Below are positions 1-11,150 of a stretch of DNA of 64,000 bases, piece after piece. The notes beneath the pieces were generated by a model. It was not told where the DNA came from. It worked only from the letters and a program-made list of their open reading frames with translations, and searched no databases. The DNA is taken from positions 494,078,001 to 494,142,000 of the forward strand of contig CM097882.1 of assembly GCA_044892505.1 (NCBI GenBank). The letters are read 5' to 3'. The stretch's first letter is position 1; every line of letters begins with the position of its first letter. The DNA comes from Schmidtea nova. Its lineage: Eukaryota. The position numbers were made by a program, and so were the translations under genes.

Positions 1-2451
1 CTCTTAAAGACCAAGTCAATATTTTAATCAGGCACAAATTTGCAAAACATCATCAAATATATAAAAATTTTCACTAGTATTTTCGAAACAATGCTTTATG
101 AAACAAATTTATTAACAATAACATTAACAATTAACATTAATTATTCTCCTATGCTTTCTAAATATATAAAGAAGTTATTCGTCATTTTTTCTGTAAAAAA
201 TTTCGAAATACTGAATTAATATTTAATATTTCTTCAATTACTTATTTCCTAAAAGTAAAGATGTCACATGATTGGAAAATTAAACGACTATTGTATTTTT
301 AGTAAAATACTTACTAAGTCCCGTAATTACTGATTTAGAATTGGCCGTTAGAAAACAATTTTCTGGCACAAAGTAAAAGTTTTCAATAGTGTGTGGTAAT
401 TTTAGCCATAGGTTTAACAGCATCTATTTTTTAAACTCGGCATGTAGAATTCATGTATAGAATACTGTGATGACCTTTTATCTACTAAATCTTAATTCTT
501 AATTATTAAAAATTGATTAGATAAAATTATTAAAATACATTTATAATTAATCGTGCATTTCCAACATTGAAAGAGAACTAACTTTGTTTTAATATTCTAG
601 ATTCAAAAAAAATGGAGGAAAATAAAATTGTATTAAAAATAAATATTATTCATTTCAATTTTCAGTTCTATCTATTTGAAATGCTGCTCGTTTATTATAA
701 GCATTCGATTTAAATATTCCTACGAAATTATTGTTATGATTCATGAAATCTTACACCCTTTAAATTCAGAAACTGGGATCAAAATTTCTAATCGTTCTCA
801 CCATGCAATGTCAAATCCCAAACTGTCGATTGAGTTGCTTAATTCAAGCATCAGCCCTTTTCTATTGGAATGGGATTCAATAATTTGCTCAAAACTTATG
901 CTGATATACAAATTAACAGAACTGTCAGTAATAGGATCTGGCATCATCCAAAGAAATCACTCAACAATTCAGCACAAGTTTCCGCTTTTTGAATGGAATT
1001 TATCCAGAAGGATAAAATCAAACCCGAAAATTCCTTCAGTGACCAATATCAACTCATCAGACACTCAGTTTTTCTTGGAAGTTGCTCAGATGCGGATTTA
1101 TAAACAATTTTGATTCAGTTTATCATAAAAATAAATATTGTTTCCTTTTGAGAAAAAAAATAGAGGAAAATAAAATTGTATTAAAAATAAATATTGTTCA
1201 TTTCAATTTTCAGTTCTATCTTTTATTAAACAAAAACTCAACAAATACGATTAATAAAACTGTATTACATACAATGACTGAAATAAATGCATGAGAAATT
1301 TTTAATCGATAAAAAGTAACTCGAACTTGTTTAAATCAGGATAGGATATGAGAAAAGGAAAAAAATGTGAAAGTCATTATTCAAGAAGTGAGTTTTATTT
1401 GTTCACTATCCTTTGCATTGATTTTTTATGTAATATTAATAAAAGATTCGGAAATAAATTTGCTTCTTATGACGAATAATTATTATTTTAACAAGTAGTA
1501 TAAGTGACCAATAATTGCTATAGGATCTTGTAAAACATTAAATGCTAAGAAATCGCGATCCAACGAATTGACAGTTGAATGAAAAATTAATTGAGAAAAA
1601 ATTAATTAATAAAAAAGGACGTGATATTAATAAGAAAACTATATAAAGTAAATACAGGTTTCAGAGAGATGACAAAATATTTGAATCGACAATTAAGTGA
1701 TAAACCGGTCCGACGAGCTTATAATAAATCATTCGTCACTATCAGAAATCAACACCGTCAATCTAATTGAAAGCACATTTCCATTTAGAAATAAGAAAAT
1801 CCAGGCACGTATCAGTCAGTATCAATCCATTAATAGATAGACTGATAGAATTCGAGGTAGAGTGGGAATTAGAGATACCTTCATCTTCATTGACCATTTC
1901 TGGTAAAAGGAAAAAAGACTGGGAGATCTCAATAAAATTTAATTTTTTGAACTTCAGAGATTATTATTTATGTAAACGCTATTAAAACTTCAATACATAC
2001 GGAGTCCAGACACCTAATTATATTGTTATTAGAAACATAGTTGCTGTAGTTTGGTTTAAAACAATTAAATTGCCAACTAACAACTTAAAAACAAGAGAAC
2101 ACGTTGCTTCTAGTAAATATTTGAGAGTATTAGAAAATAGAAGCAATTGAAAAAAACTGTTTTCTGTACATTAGTCGGATAGAACAGAAATGAAAATAAT
2201 AGAATAAATCTTTAAGTTAAAATTTCTACTTGAATATCACAAATACTCTTTGGTTATCAGATAAATTTGTTAAGTTTCATCAAAGAGTAATAATAACAAT
2301 AAAAATAATATTAATAATAATAAAATTAATATTAATAATAATAATAATTGTTTCAGCGGTAGCTGTAACTATACGCGGGAACCCTATAGTAATTGCTGGG
2401 CCCATAATTAAATTAACATAGATTCCCCTAAAGTCGTTCCATGGCCTTCAC

Positions 2452-4311
2452 TTATTGTGCCTTTTGCAACAGATAGTAAAATAGATCCTTTATTGGACAT
2501 AGGGTCAGAATTTTTAGAATAAAATTGTTCCATAGCCAATGTAAATTTAGTTTTATCTTGAGGTTCAATAATATGGTGCTTGTGTTGTATAACAGAATGG
2601 TAAATATCAAAGCTTTCTCATTGTTTTCAATACATTTCTTCATCATTCCATAAGATTGAAAGATAACTAATAAACCACGCGGAATTACTTTGACTAAATT
2701 TAAAATAGCATTTCCAAGAAAATTTGTAAAGGCTATTTTCTCGAGTCAAATAGCTGGAATTTAGAGTTTCACCATCAGCACCTTTAGTGCATACCGCCAC
2801 CATCATATGATGTGCATTTATTACATGACTATTACACAACTCTTCTTCAAAATTAATATCCATGTCCAATTTCAGAGTTTCTATTGGATATAGAGTTCCA
2901 CTCGTTAGTATAATGCTACGAACATCATAATTAGACAATGATTTCAAGGTGCGTCCTGGAGTCATACAACAAAAGACTAAGAATTCGATTTTTATCCACA
3001 TTCTTATTAGAAGCCCAATTGAATTTATTATTGTTTTTGGTTCAAGTAGAAATTTCATTTTCCTGAATAAAAACTCGATAACAACTCGATAGTTTCTTTC
3101 CTAAATTAACAATCGAATCTAATTAATCGCTAATTTCATCAGAGAAAATAGTTTTCATGAATTCTTCTACTTTTTCCAAGCCTTTAATACCGTGTTTGTC
3201 AGATTCGTTTCAGATGACATTTCTTTAAATGAGGAACACTTTTCCAGTAAATCAATAAAATGTGACTTGTTGAAATGATTAAATCAACAACGACAGTTGA
3301 AATAGAAAATTCACTTCGACAGTCAATCCAGTCGTTTCATTGCTTCCCAAATCAATAAAATTAAATTCGGATTCCAGAAGACATAGGTTTTGTTTCAGTT
3401 GAATAATTTGAGTTAAATCTGGAATTTTATCGGATTTCGTTTTATTCTCATCGATTATTGTATCTGTTGATTGGGTTGCATAGATATATTCACCGAAGGC
3501 TTTTAATTCTTCTATACAACTAGCAATATTGATCGATGTCAGTTGAACAGAAGCCCTATCTTCACAAACTTGACAAATATGACAATATTTCCTTGTAAAT
3601 TAATGTTGTAAAGAAGTCTGATTTTCGAATCCAGTAGGTAATTGTAGGGAAATAAAAATCGGCTGAATCAAACATTTCTCAAGACAGGAAGTAAGGACAG
3701 ATCGATTTCTTTTTGTCAATTGTTAATAAATCTTCAATATCAGCTATGTTTGTTTCATTTGAAATAGTTTCTTTATCTTTTTCAAATTGATTGTAAAAAT
3801 AACATCTGCGAGTTTTTACACGAGGTTTACATCCGTATATTTTCGCAGTATTTGATTCGAGATTTATAACTTTCGGATTGATACAGAGCTCTTCACGAGA
3901 TGCAATCAAACCAACTTTCCTATTACAATAAGCCGTTCGTTTCAATGCATTTATACAGTGAGACAGTTGGGAATGAGTTCTGGAGAAGTAAATTATTTTC
4001 GGAATTGAGCTGATTTTCGTTAAGTTTACTTGAGATTTTTCCAATTTACTCCAACATTGATTGCAGTTTGAATTGAGATGCAATAAAATTTCATCGTCGG
4101 AATTAATTGTAGAAGTTTTCTTCATATAATCCTGCCATGCGAGTGCTGCACAGAGTAAACAAAGAGTTTTTCCTGCAACGGTTTGAGATTTCAAAATAGC
4201 GTGTTTATTGCCTTTTAATGAATCAATAACCTTTTCCATGTATATTATATGAGATGGATAAGGTTCAAAGAGAAAATTTATTGATATGTCACGAATAGTG
4301 ATAGCTGACAT
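2452..4311 (-). pseudogene. RTEL1: Intronless, disrupted copy of RTEL1 (XPD-family Fe-S helicase), 3'-truncated
   Basis: ORFs 3679-4311 and 2627-3058 and the frameshifted stretch between them give FEPYPSHIIYMEKVI, GKTLCLLCAALAW, IIYFSRTHSQLS, ASREELCINP, CPYF, PYNYLLDSKIR and RSIILTSGTLYP. Walker A is degenerate (KSQTVAGKT), DEAH is deleted, and there are several stops and frameshifts. Confidence 0.88.
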
Positions 4312-4350
4312 TGATAAAAAATCAAAAGAAAATTTAAAACATCTGAATTA

Positions 4351-4500
4351 AACTCACGCTTGATAAAGGCTGTGCCGAAATATTGTGTACTTGTTTAAAG
4401 AAATTTTGATCTATAGTATTACCATTTTGGGAATTATTGATATTAATATTAAAAAAGATCAAAGGTGAAACAAAAAGATAATTATGATAAGGCATGTTTA
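4351..4500 (-). repeat. Arm of a foldback/MITE-like repeat also found at 57604-58488 and 61384-61596
   Basis: Shares cttgataaaggctgtgccgaaatattgtg...tttgatctatagt...aaaaaagatcaaaggtgaaa with 58240-58372. Confidence 0.8.
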
Positions 4501-5516
4501 ATAATTTATTTTAAACAAATCCAAAAAGATTTTTCGTCAAAATCCGCCCAGTCAAACACCAGAATTTTAATCATAATATNNNNNNNNNNNNNNNNNNNNN
4601 NNNNNNNNNNNNNNNNNNNNNNNNNNNNNNNNNNNNNNNNNNNNNNNNNNNNNNNNNNNNNNNNNNNNNNNNNNNNNNNNNNNNNNNNNNNNNNNNNNNN
4701 NNNNNNNNNNNNNNNNNNNNNNNNNNNTGTGAAATGAGATTTAGTTAATGATTTAAAAGAGTAATTAATGAAAAGGTCGCTTTACCAAAATTACTTAAAT
4801 GTGAGCCAAATTATAACATCAAGTTAGGTGAAGAGACTCGAGAAGACTTTCTTAAAAATGGAGATCCAGTTTCAATTGCCGTAAAACTACAAAATTTGAT
4901 TTTAAATTATCATTCATTTCTTAAAATCATAGTGTTATTCTAGATTAGCATGCTATTATAAATAAAGTCTCTCAGAAGCTAATACATGAATAAAATACCA
5001 TAGAAAAAAAGACTTTAAGATGCATTGAAAAAATCAAATGACTTCTACCTTTAAGAAAGCAAAGACAGTATCAAATTGAAGAATTAGAATTGACCATGAG
5101 GTATTAAAAGAAAATCTAATAGAAACAACATTAAATTAAAGAAAGTTAAACTAAAAATGTTGGGCCAGGCAAATCAGTCATCATCTAAAAAGTAATATAA
5201 AATCAATGAAATAAATTTACAGAAAAACAACAACAAAAATAAATTACCATCATCAAATAGTCAGCAATACGCGGCTGAATCTGAAAACAACAAAAGAATA
5301 AATCAAAATAAAGTAACAATAAAAACTCGCCCATGCGAATCAGATAAATCTGAAAATATGACAGGACGTGGGCGAACATCATCGAAGATCTAAAATAAAA
5401 TAAATCATAACAAAAAGAAAATTAACGCATGGTTAAACAAACAACTTACTGAATTAAATCATGCAGAAAGACTGACGAACATAAATGAGTAACAATAAAT
5501 GCACACATACTCGATG

Positions 5517-5570
5517 CTGATTGACCAGCCAACATCACCAATTTAGTATAAATACTGAAGCGAAATCAGT
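5517..5570 (+). promoter_or_regulatory. Putative Pol II promoter of copy 1 (CCAAT-like box, TATA, Inr-like TCAGT)
   Basis: CTGATTG 5517, TATAAATA 5547-5554, TCAGT 5566-5570. Same order and spacing at 30261-30316, 38284-38337 (minus) and 43621-43670. Confidence 0.6.
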
Positions 5571-6469
5571 ATGAGGGTCACTTTTTACCAATCAATCAAT
5601 TTTTACCGAGTGTAATTGTCAGTGGAACCTGATACTGTAACTTTGTGAAATCTAGTTGTAACGAAATAAAAGGTATAGTTGATTTCATTGTTACTTTTTT
5701 TGAACCCTCATAATCATACTAAAATCGACAAGGATCGTCCCGAAGGCCTAACGGTCTGACGGGATTCTCGGCCTCTCGGCTCAACATATTTTCATATGAG
5801 GTGCTGATGCGGCGGGACCCTAGGTGTAATAACTATTCATCGATCGGGAGTGGGGTGCACATGGGATATCGAGAAACGTCGGGTCGACAAATTTCATCCG
5901 AGGTAGAGGTAATCTAGAATATATACTACCGGCCACAGAGAACTCAAGAGAATGGGGTGCGCATAGGATGTAGTGGATCAATACGTCGAACGTGTATCCA
6001 ACCATATGCATACAATCGATAACGAACATCATGATTTACCGAGAATTAGAGGCGAGGCAACACCAAAGGGTAAGGCAGTTGGTGCATGTATACTTTATAC
6101 AGAGGTTAACCTTTACGGGATCCGAAGTCCTAATTAACCCTAAAGAGCGATGATCATTGGTAGATACAGATGAGGCTGATGACAAAATGATGATGTATGC
6201 ATGGTGAAAATAGAGATAAAAATTGAGAAATAAGTAATACAATAAACGACAGTATATTGATCATAATGTGTGATTAGAATGACTGAAAATAAATTTTAAA
6301 TAAATCAACAACTAGTGATCAGCAGTAGCAATAACACCATCCTACACGGTCTATTTCGCCGATCGAAATGTGGTTAACCGGCTGGATACTAGACACCCAC
6401 TTGACTGAGAACAACTAGCTCGCCAATCTGCGTGGAATGATCCACTATAAATAGAAACCAGCATCACTA

Positions 6470-7141
6470 ATGAATATTCAACAAAATTATTTACAGATGA
6501 AACGCGAAAGCATTATCACCCCGATGCCAACTTCGTCTCTCCAGCAGCAACCAGGTCGCGATAAGACGAGTCAGAAACGCATCCGATCTATGCCGGAGCG
6601 ACATGCCGATAACCAAAGAAAAGTGGAATTGCAGGGGGTGAAAGACGCACCCATTCCGATTGTCCGGCAAGCTCATCGACACCTCCGCAGATGGAGACGA
6701 CGACACTCTAATCCAGCGGCCAGAGTCGCATCGTGCTCGGTTACGTTCCGACTACGATGGGAAGGAGATGCGGAGTGGATACCATCGTCGAGCCAGCCCA
6801 ACCTGAACCTTTCGCGATGGTTCATCCAAATGACAGATGATGCCGGACAACCTCGCTGGATACTATGCTCCGGAATCATGACGGGCCCCGCGTTTTACGG
6901 GCTCGGATATCTTCTCCTGGATAGGCCCCGGTGTAGCGACACTGGGGAAATCCAGCTCTATCCTCACGCTCCAGGGAGCGTAACATTGGAGCCCAATCCA
7001 GAGCCGAGCGAACTCCGATTATGGGAGGTGTTTGCACACAAAGATAAGCTTTGTTGGCAACCGTCCCCGGAACTATACCAAGCCGACGGAAAGAGACGGG
7101 ATGACCGAAACGCGGATCAAGAATTGCGACCTTTCTTCTAG
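6470..7141 (+). CDS. ORF-A of the TG...CA family, unknown Trp/Arg-rich protein (223 aa)
   Basis: Open frame with clear homologues at 36744-37302 (minus) and 31161-31685. Shared W.G.A.W and G.P...F..LG motifs; WFI.M.D in copies 1 and 3. Confidence 0.75.
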   Translation: MNIQQNYLQMKRESIITPMPTSSLQQQPGRDKTSQKRIRSMPERHADNQRKVELQGVKDAPIPIVRQAHRHLRRWRRRHSNPAARVASCSVTFRLRWEGDAEWIPSSSQPNLNLSRWFIQMTDDAGQPRWILCSGIMTGPAFYGLGYLLLDRPRCSDTGEIQLYPHAPGSVTLEPNPEPSELRLWEVFAHKDKLCWQPSPELYQADGKRRDDRNADQELRPFF

Positions 7142-7348
7142 GAGGAAGATGTTCGTATCCGAAAACACCAAATCCAATGTAATTGTGTCATAAATGGATA
7201 AATTTTCCTTAAAAAGTCTTGTTATGATTTCCGAGTAATTGCCGACGATTGTTTGAGTTGATAGGAAGTTGAATTATAATAACGACATAAATAGGAACCA
7301 ACCAACAATCAGGTCTTCACAACTCAGATTAAATACCCATTTTTGTAG

Positions 7349-7887
7349 ATGAATACGGAAAGCTCTCGTGATTACAAGAAAGAGGCACGTGAGCACAAGG
7401 CCCACTCTAAGGTTCTCGAGAGCCGATTGCGCCAGTTGAACGAAGAACACCAGCGCGTCAAGACCACTTGGTTCAGCCCAGAGAGGGTCAAAGCGATATT
7501 ACAAGCCCGATACCGAGCCGAACGGATAGCCGAAGAACAAGCGAGGGAAATGGCCGCAGTCAAGCTGGAACTGCATAACTACCTAAAGGTATCCACGCAG
7601 GAGTTCGTTACCCAGCAATTGCGCCCAATGATCCGGGCGAGTACATTCAATAGATGGGTGGATACGATCGCCATCACTACAAGTACCCAGACGGAGACAG
7701 AGTCGAACTCAACGATGACTACCCCAACCGTATCAAAAGGACCAAGCGTCGCAATCGCTTAGGGGCGAAGAAACGACGTGAGCGCAGAGCGTATGCCGAA
7801 CGACTAGGCATCGAAGTGGATTTGCTAAGCGGACTCACAGAAAGCCAGTTATTAGATGTGATTAGACCGTCTGTATTCTTAAACTGA
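7349..7887 (+). pseudogene. ORF-B of the TG...CA family (coiled coil plus Arg-rich C-terminus), one frameshift
   Basis: 7349-7762 and the overlapping frame ending 7887 together match the intact 185-aa ORF at 35783-36340 (WFSPERVKAIL; KRRNRLGAKKRRERRAYAERLGIEVDLLSGLTE). Confidence 0.78.
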
Positions 7888-8054
7888 AAATAAATGTATA
7901 ATAGTTGATCAACTTGATTTGTTTGTCTGTGGTATGTTGGAAAATAAATAGCAAAGTAAATTAAACCGATTCATTTTGTGCTACAGGTACCCCGAAATTG
8001 GGTTTACCCTAGCAGAGTTAGAGGAGCGCATTATAAAGGGACCGAGAGAAAGCC

Positions 8055-8240
8055 ACAGAAACCTTCTAGCGGTAGTGGTGGACCCGTGAATAAACAAGGG
8101 AATAGTAGCCGCGAGGTTGCTCACCTGCCTTGTCATTTCACAACGTTGACACAGCACCAACATGATGAGTAGTTAGGGATACATCATGGGTGTCAGCGGT
8201 GAGATGTTTTTTATGTTGGCGAGATCACCCTAACCTATAA
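8055..8240 (+). other. Conserved structured non-coding module near the 3' end of copy 1
   Basis: ACCTTCTAGCGG 8061-8072, GGGAATAGT 8098-8106, GCTCACCTG 8119-8127, CAGCACCAAC 8152-8161, stem GTTAGGG 8172-8178 / CCCTAAC 8228-8234. Conserved in the other copies. Confidence 0.6.
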
Positions 8241-10799
8241 AAATCCAAATGATCTCAGTTGTCCATCTAACTAACACACCAGCAAAAAGCAAAAATTCTT
8301 ATTAGTTAGATGCAGACATTTCATATAGAGATTTTATATTAATGAACCCAATGACTGGGACAGAAAGTAAGCCTTCAAGATATCCTTGATAAGTGATTTA
8401 TAAGATTCAATAATCTTAGCCTTGAAATTGTCATATGCCGATTTTATTTCAACAGTCTCTAAGATGTACATGGAAAATATCTGAAGAATATTTGAAGAAA
8501 CCTTCAAAGAGCTAAATCGAAACTCGAGCGTTGCAAACAAGCATTTTAAAAGACCTTGAATCTCTAAAAACTAGGGAAGCATGTGACAGTGATTTTATTT
8601 TTATTTTAAAAAATAATAATTTAAGCAAATTTAGAATGATCTTCAAAAATCTTCAGCAAAAGAAGCACGTTACAATTTATTTGACAAAACCTTTCTGAAA
8701 GCAAAATTGACCAAAAAAATTAAACCAAAACCATAAATATTCGTTATGAAAACTTAAAAATTGACAATAAGAAAAGTTTTATAAAGTGGTTTGATAAAGT
8801 ATGAAAAGTATTCAATGATACAACCGAGCGGGAATGAGTCGAAATAATAATTTTTGGTGAGTTATTAATTGACAAAATAGTTAAAAATAATTTTCTATTA
8901 GGGATTTTTGAATAATTTTCATTTTTGATATAAAGACTAAGTCAAAAATATCTTTTAGTGTCGTAAACAGTCTTTTTGATCTAGTATTTTTAAAAAAAAT
9001 AAAAATTTCTAAAATAGAAAAGAGATCAAAGATGAAAAAATAAAAGTTTTAAATGATAAAAAACATGCTACGATTTTTTTTCTAAATGTCAATAAGTGGA
9101 AAGAATTTGTTATTGGAGGTGTATTTCAATAAATTAGTCTTTTTGTAAGCGGTTGAAAATTGTAGTTGGTTAATTTCTTAACCAGGTGCCGTAATCGGAC
9201 CCCATTAAATCCGTCATTTTTAGATAACCTAAATTTATCAATACGGTAAGCGCGCCATAAATGACTATCAAGATGCATCCTTGAGCCTTTCGTAAGATAT
9301 AAAATATCCCCCGATTATCGATATACAAAATGGTACAGATTATTATGAGCACATATATTTTATACAGTTTATTAGGTACCAACTCCAATTTACTTTCAAT
9401 TTAATATATATAATGAGATAATGATGACTGCTATCTGAGACACATTCAGGCCAAATATCATCGAATTAACTTGCAGATTGACAAAATATAAATTAGAATG
9501 TATAAAAAAGCTTGTGCTAAATTATTATGAACACTTTAGTTTTTAGCCCTTTACACTTTATGGATATTATATAGGTTCCTTCTCTCTGCTTTCCAATTTC
9601 CATTGACTGTTGTGAGATGGAAGAAGATGACGGAGAGTGGTCTCTGTTGTCTCACGTAGATACAGTTTATATTTTCATTGTGGAACGCTGATTGATTAAT
9701 TATCTTTCTATTAAAAGTACGCATTTATCTCTCTATTATTTCTCTTGTTTCTTGTAGACCACATTCTGATGATAAAAGAACATACAAAAGGCGATTTGAA
9801 GATAAGGAATTGATAGAAAAAAGTATAAGCATTTTATAATTTGCTCAAAACAATAGTTTATTTTTATATTTGGTTACACCCACACCTTTAACTTTATTGA
9901 ATGCTATATATTTTTATTCTTAATGATGATGGAATAAGTCAAATTCAAACTCAGACAAACGTGTTCAGATGCTTGGATAATATTTACTTTAGGATAATAA
10001 GAATATTATATTTTGAATTGTATCAAATTTAATTTATTTATTGTGCTTGCATTTAATTGTTATTAAATTTAGCCTTATATCCTAAAAGAGTAAAAAATTT
10101 CAATAAATTGAAAAAATGAAAAATGTTATTCAATTTTTATTATCGGACGATTCCAACTTCATCAAGTAATGATAAAAGTAAATATATTTATTACAATAGT
10201 GTCAATTTTACAATTTTAGAATTATCTATTTTGTTTTTTAAAAATATAATATTACCACAGAAAACGAAAGTAATGAGACTTACAAACTAAAACATCCGAT
10301 GAGTATGAACTTTCCAATATATAAATATCAGAGAATAAGCATAATAATAATTAAAAATTTAGAAAAACTAAAATAGAGAAAGATATGCGATTAGTGCAGA
10401 TAAATTCGCTTTGGAAAAAAATGAAACGTAGACACAGTACTTGCAGTACGCCCAACCTCAGAATAGCCCAATCATAAATGGCCAATAAAGGGTTGTAGTG
10501 GGGATTCGCGAGTTTTGTAGGCGTCACTGTTCTTTCCGTGTGAACATTGGTACAATTAAAATCTTATTTTTATTTTTATTTTCGAAAATTCAAATAAATT
10601 TCAAATAGTAAAAATTTTTTGATTTCATGATTTTTGGAGTGCGCGCTAAGTTGTAATCACTGCGCGGAACTTTTAAAACTGCTGCGTGGCCACCCACGCG
10701 CGCAGCTTAGAGGGAACGTTGGTCATGACAGCATCACCAGTTGACATTAGCAAGAGAAAATATTAATTAAATAAATAAATCAGAAAAAAATTATTTAAA

Positions 10800-11150
10800 A
10801 TTATTTAAAGATTAATCGGAAATAAAAAATGTTAGACAAACGTGTTTATATAAGTGGAGCGCTCAAACGTAAGCGAAAAGTTGAAAAGAAAATAAAGAAC
10901 TAGTTAACAGTCAGAACATGAATTTGTTTAAATAGGGATTTACAACGAACACTGTTAACTATCAATCGGATTTATTGATTTCATTTTTACAAAGCGTCGA
11001 AAAATTAACATCTAATAAATAACACTATGTAAGTTTTAAATCACGAATATCAATAAGTATGGTCATTGTGATGGAGACGTTATAACTAACAGTAATACCC
11101 AAGAAGACCGAAAAAGCGATTGAATATAAAAAATAATTCATTTTTTAGTT
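10800..11150 (+). mobile_element. Probable hAT transposase 5' remnant
   Basis: MLDKRVYISGALKRKRKVEKK resembles ZMYM1-type hAT N-termini. hAT-like terminal motifs nearby: gcagcttagagggaacgttg (about 10703-10722) and ttaatccggcactg (about 12615-12628). Confidence 0.4.

Larger units (their letters stand above)
5158..8284 (+). mobile_element. Unclassified TG...CA element, copy 1 (3127 bp; giant solo-LTR-like or non-autonomous integrase-mobilised)
   Basis: Begins TGTTGGGCC, ends ACACCAGCA, AAAA on both sides (4-bp TSD). Collinear with the reverse complement of 35386-38695. No transposase or RT motifs seen. Confidence 0.85.

Noticed and set aside
5727-5830. Hammerhead, twister or HDV-like ribozyme in the element leader
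   Set aside because: CTGACGG/CTGATGG/CTGATGC are not the CUGANGA core and no matching GAAA arm was found. GTCCCGAAGGCC only loosely resembles twister, and no HDV double pseudoknot could be built by eye. Needs Infernal.
6491-6879. Antisense and alternate-frame ORFs inside the family copies (also 7372-7563, 31145-31426, 36293-36550, 37040-37421)
   Set aside because: Not conserved between copies; shadows of GC-richer coding DNA. The 7981-8163 / 35505-35687 pair reflects DNA identity and is not open in the diverged copies.
7349-7887. ORF-B as a hepatitis-delta-antigen-like protein
   Set aside because: Only size, coiled coil and Arg-richness are shared; no rod-like genome or ribozymes seen. Generic compositional similarity.
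8172-8234. TTAGGG/CCCTAA as a telomeric repeat or telomerase template
   Set aside because: Single copies that change to CTAGGG/CCCTAG in copy 4; better explained as a stem.
5158-8284. Ginger DNA transposon or retrozyme
   Set aside because: Ginger shares TGT ends and a 4-bp TSD but has longer TIRs and an integrase; retrozymes have paired LTRs with hammerheads. Neither is seen.
9170-9460. Polinton DNA polymerase or GPCR fragment
   Set aside because: Only LVPN-like or hydrophobic patches; not alignable with confidence.
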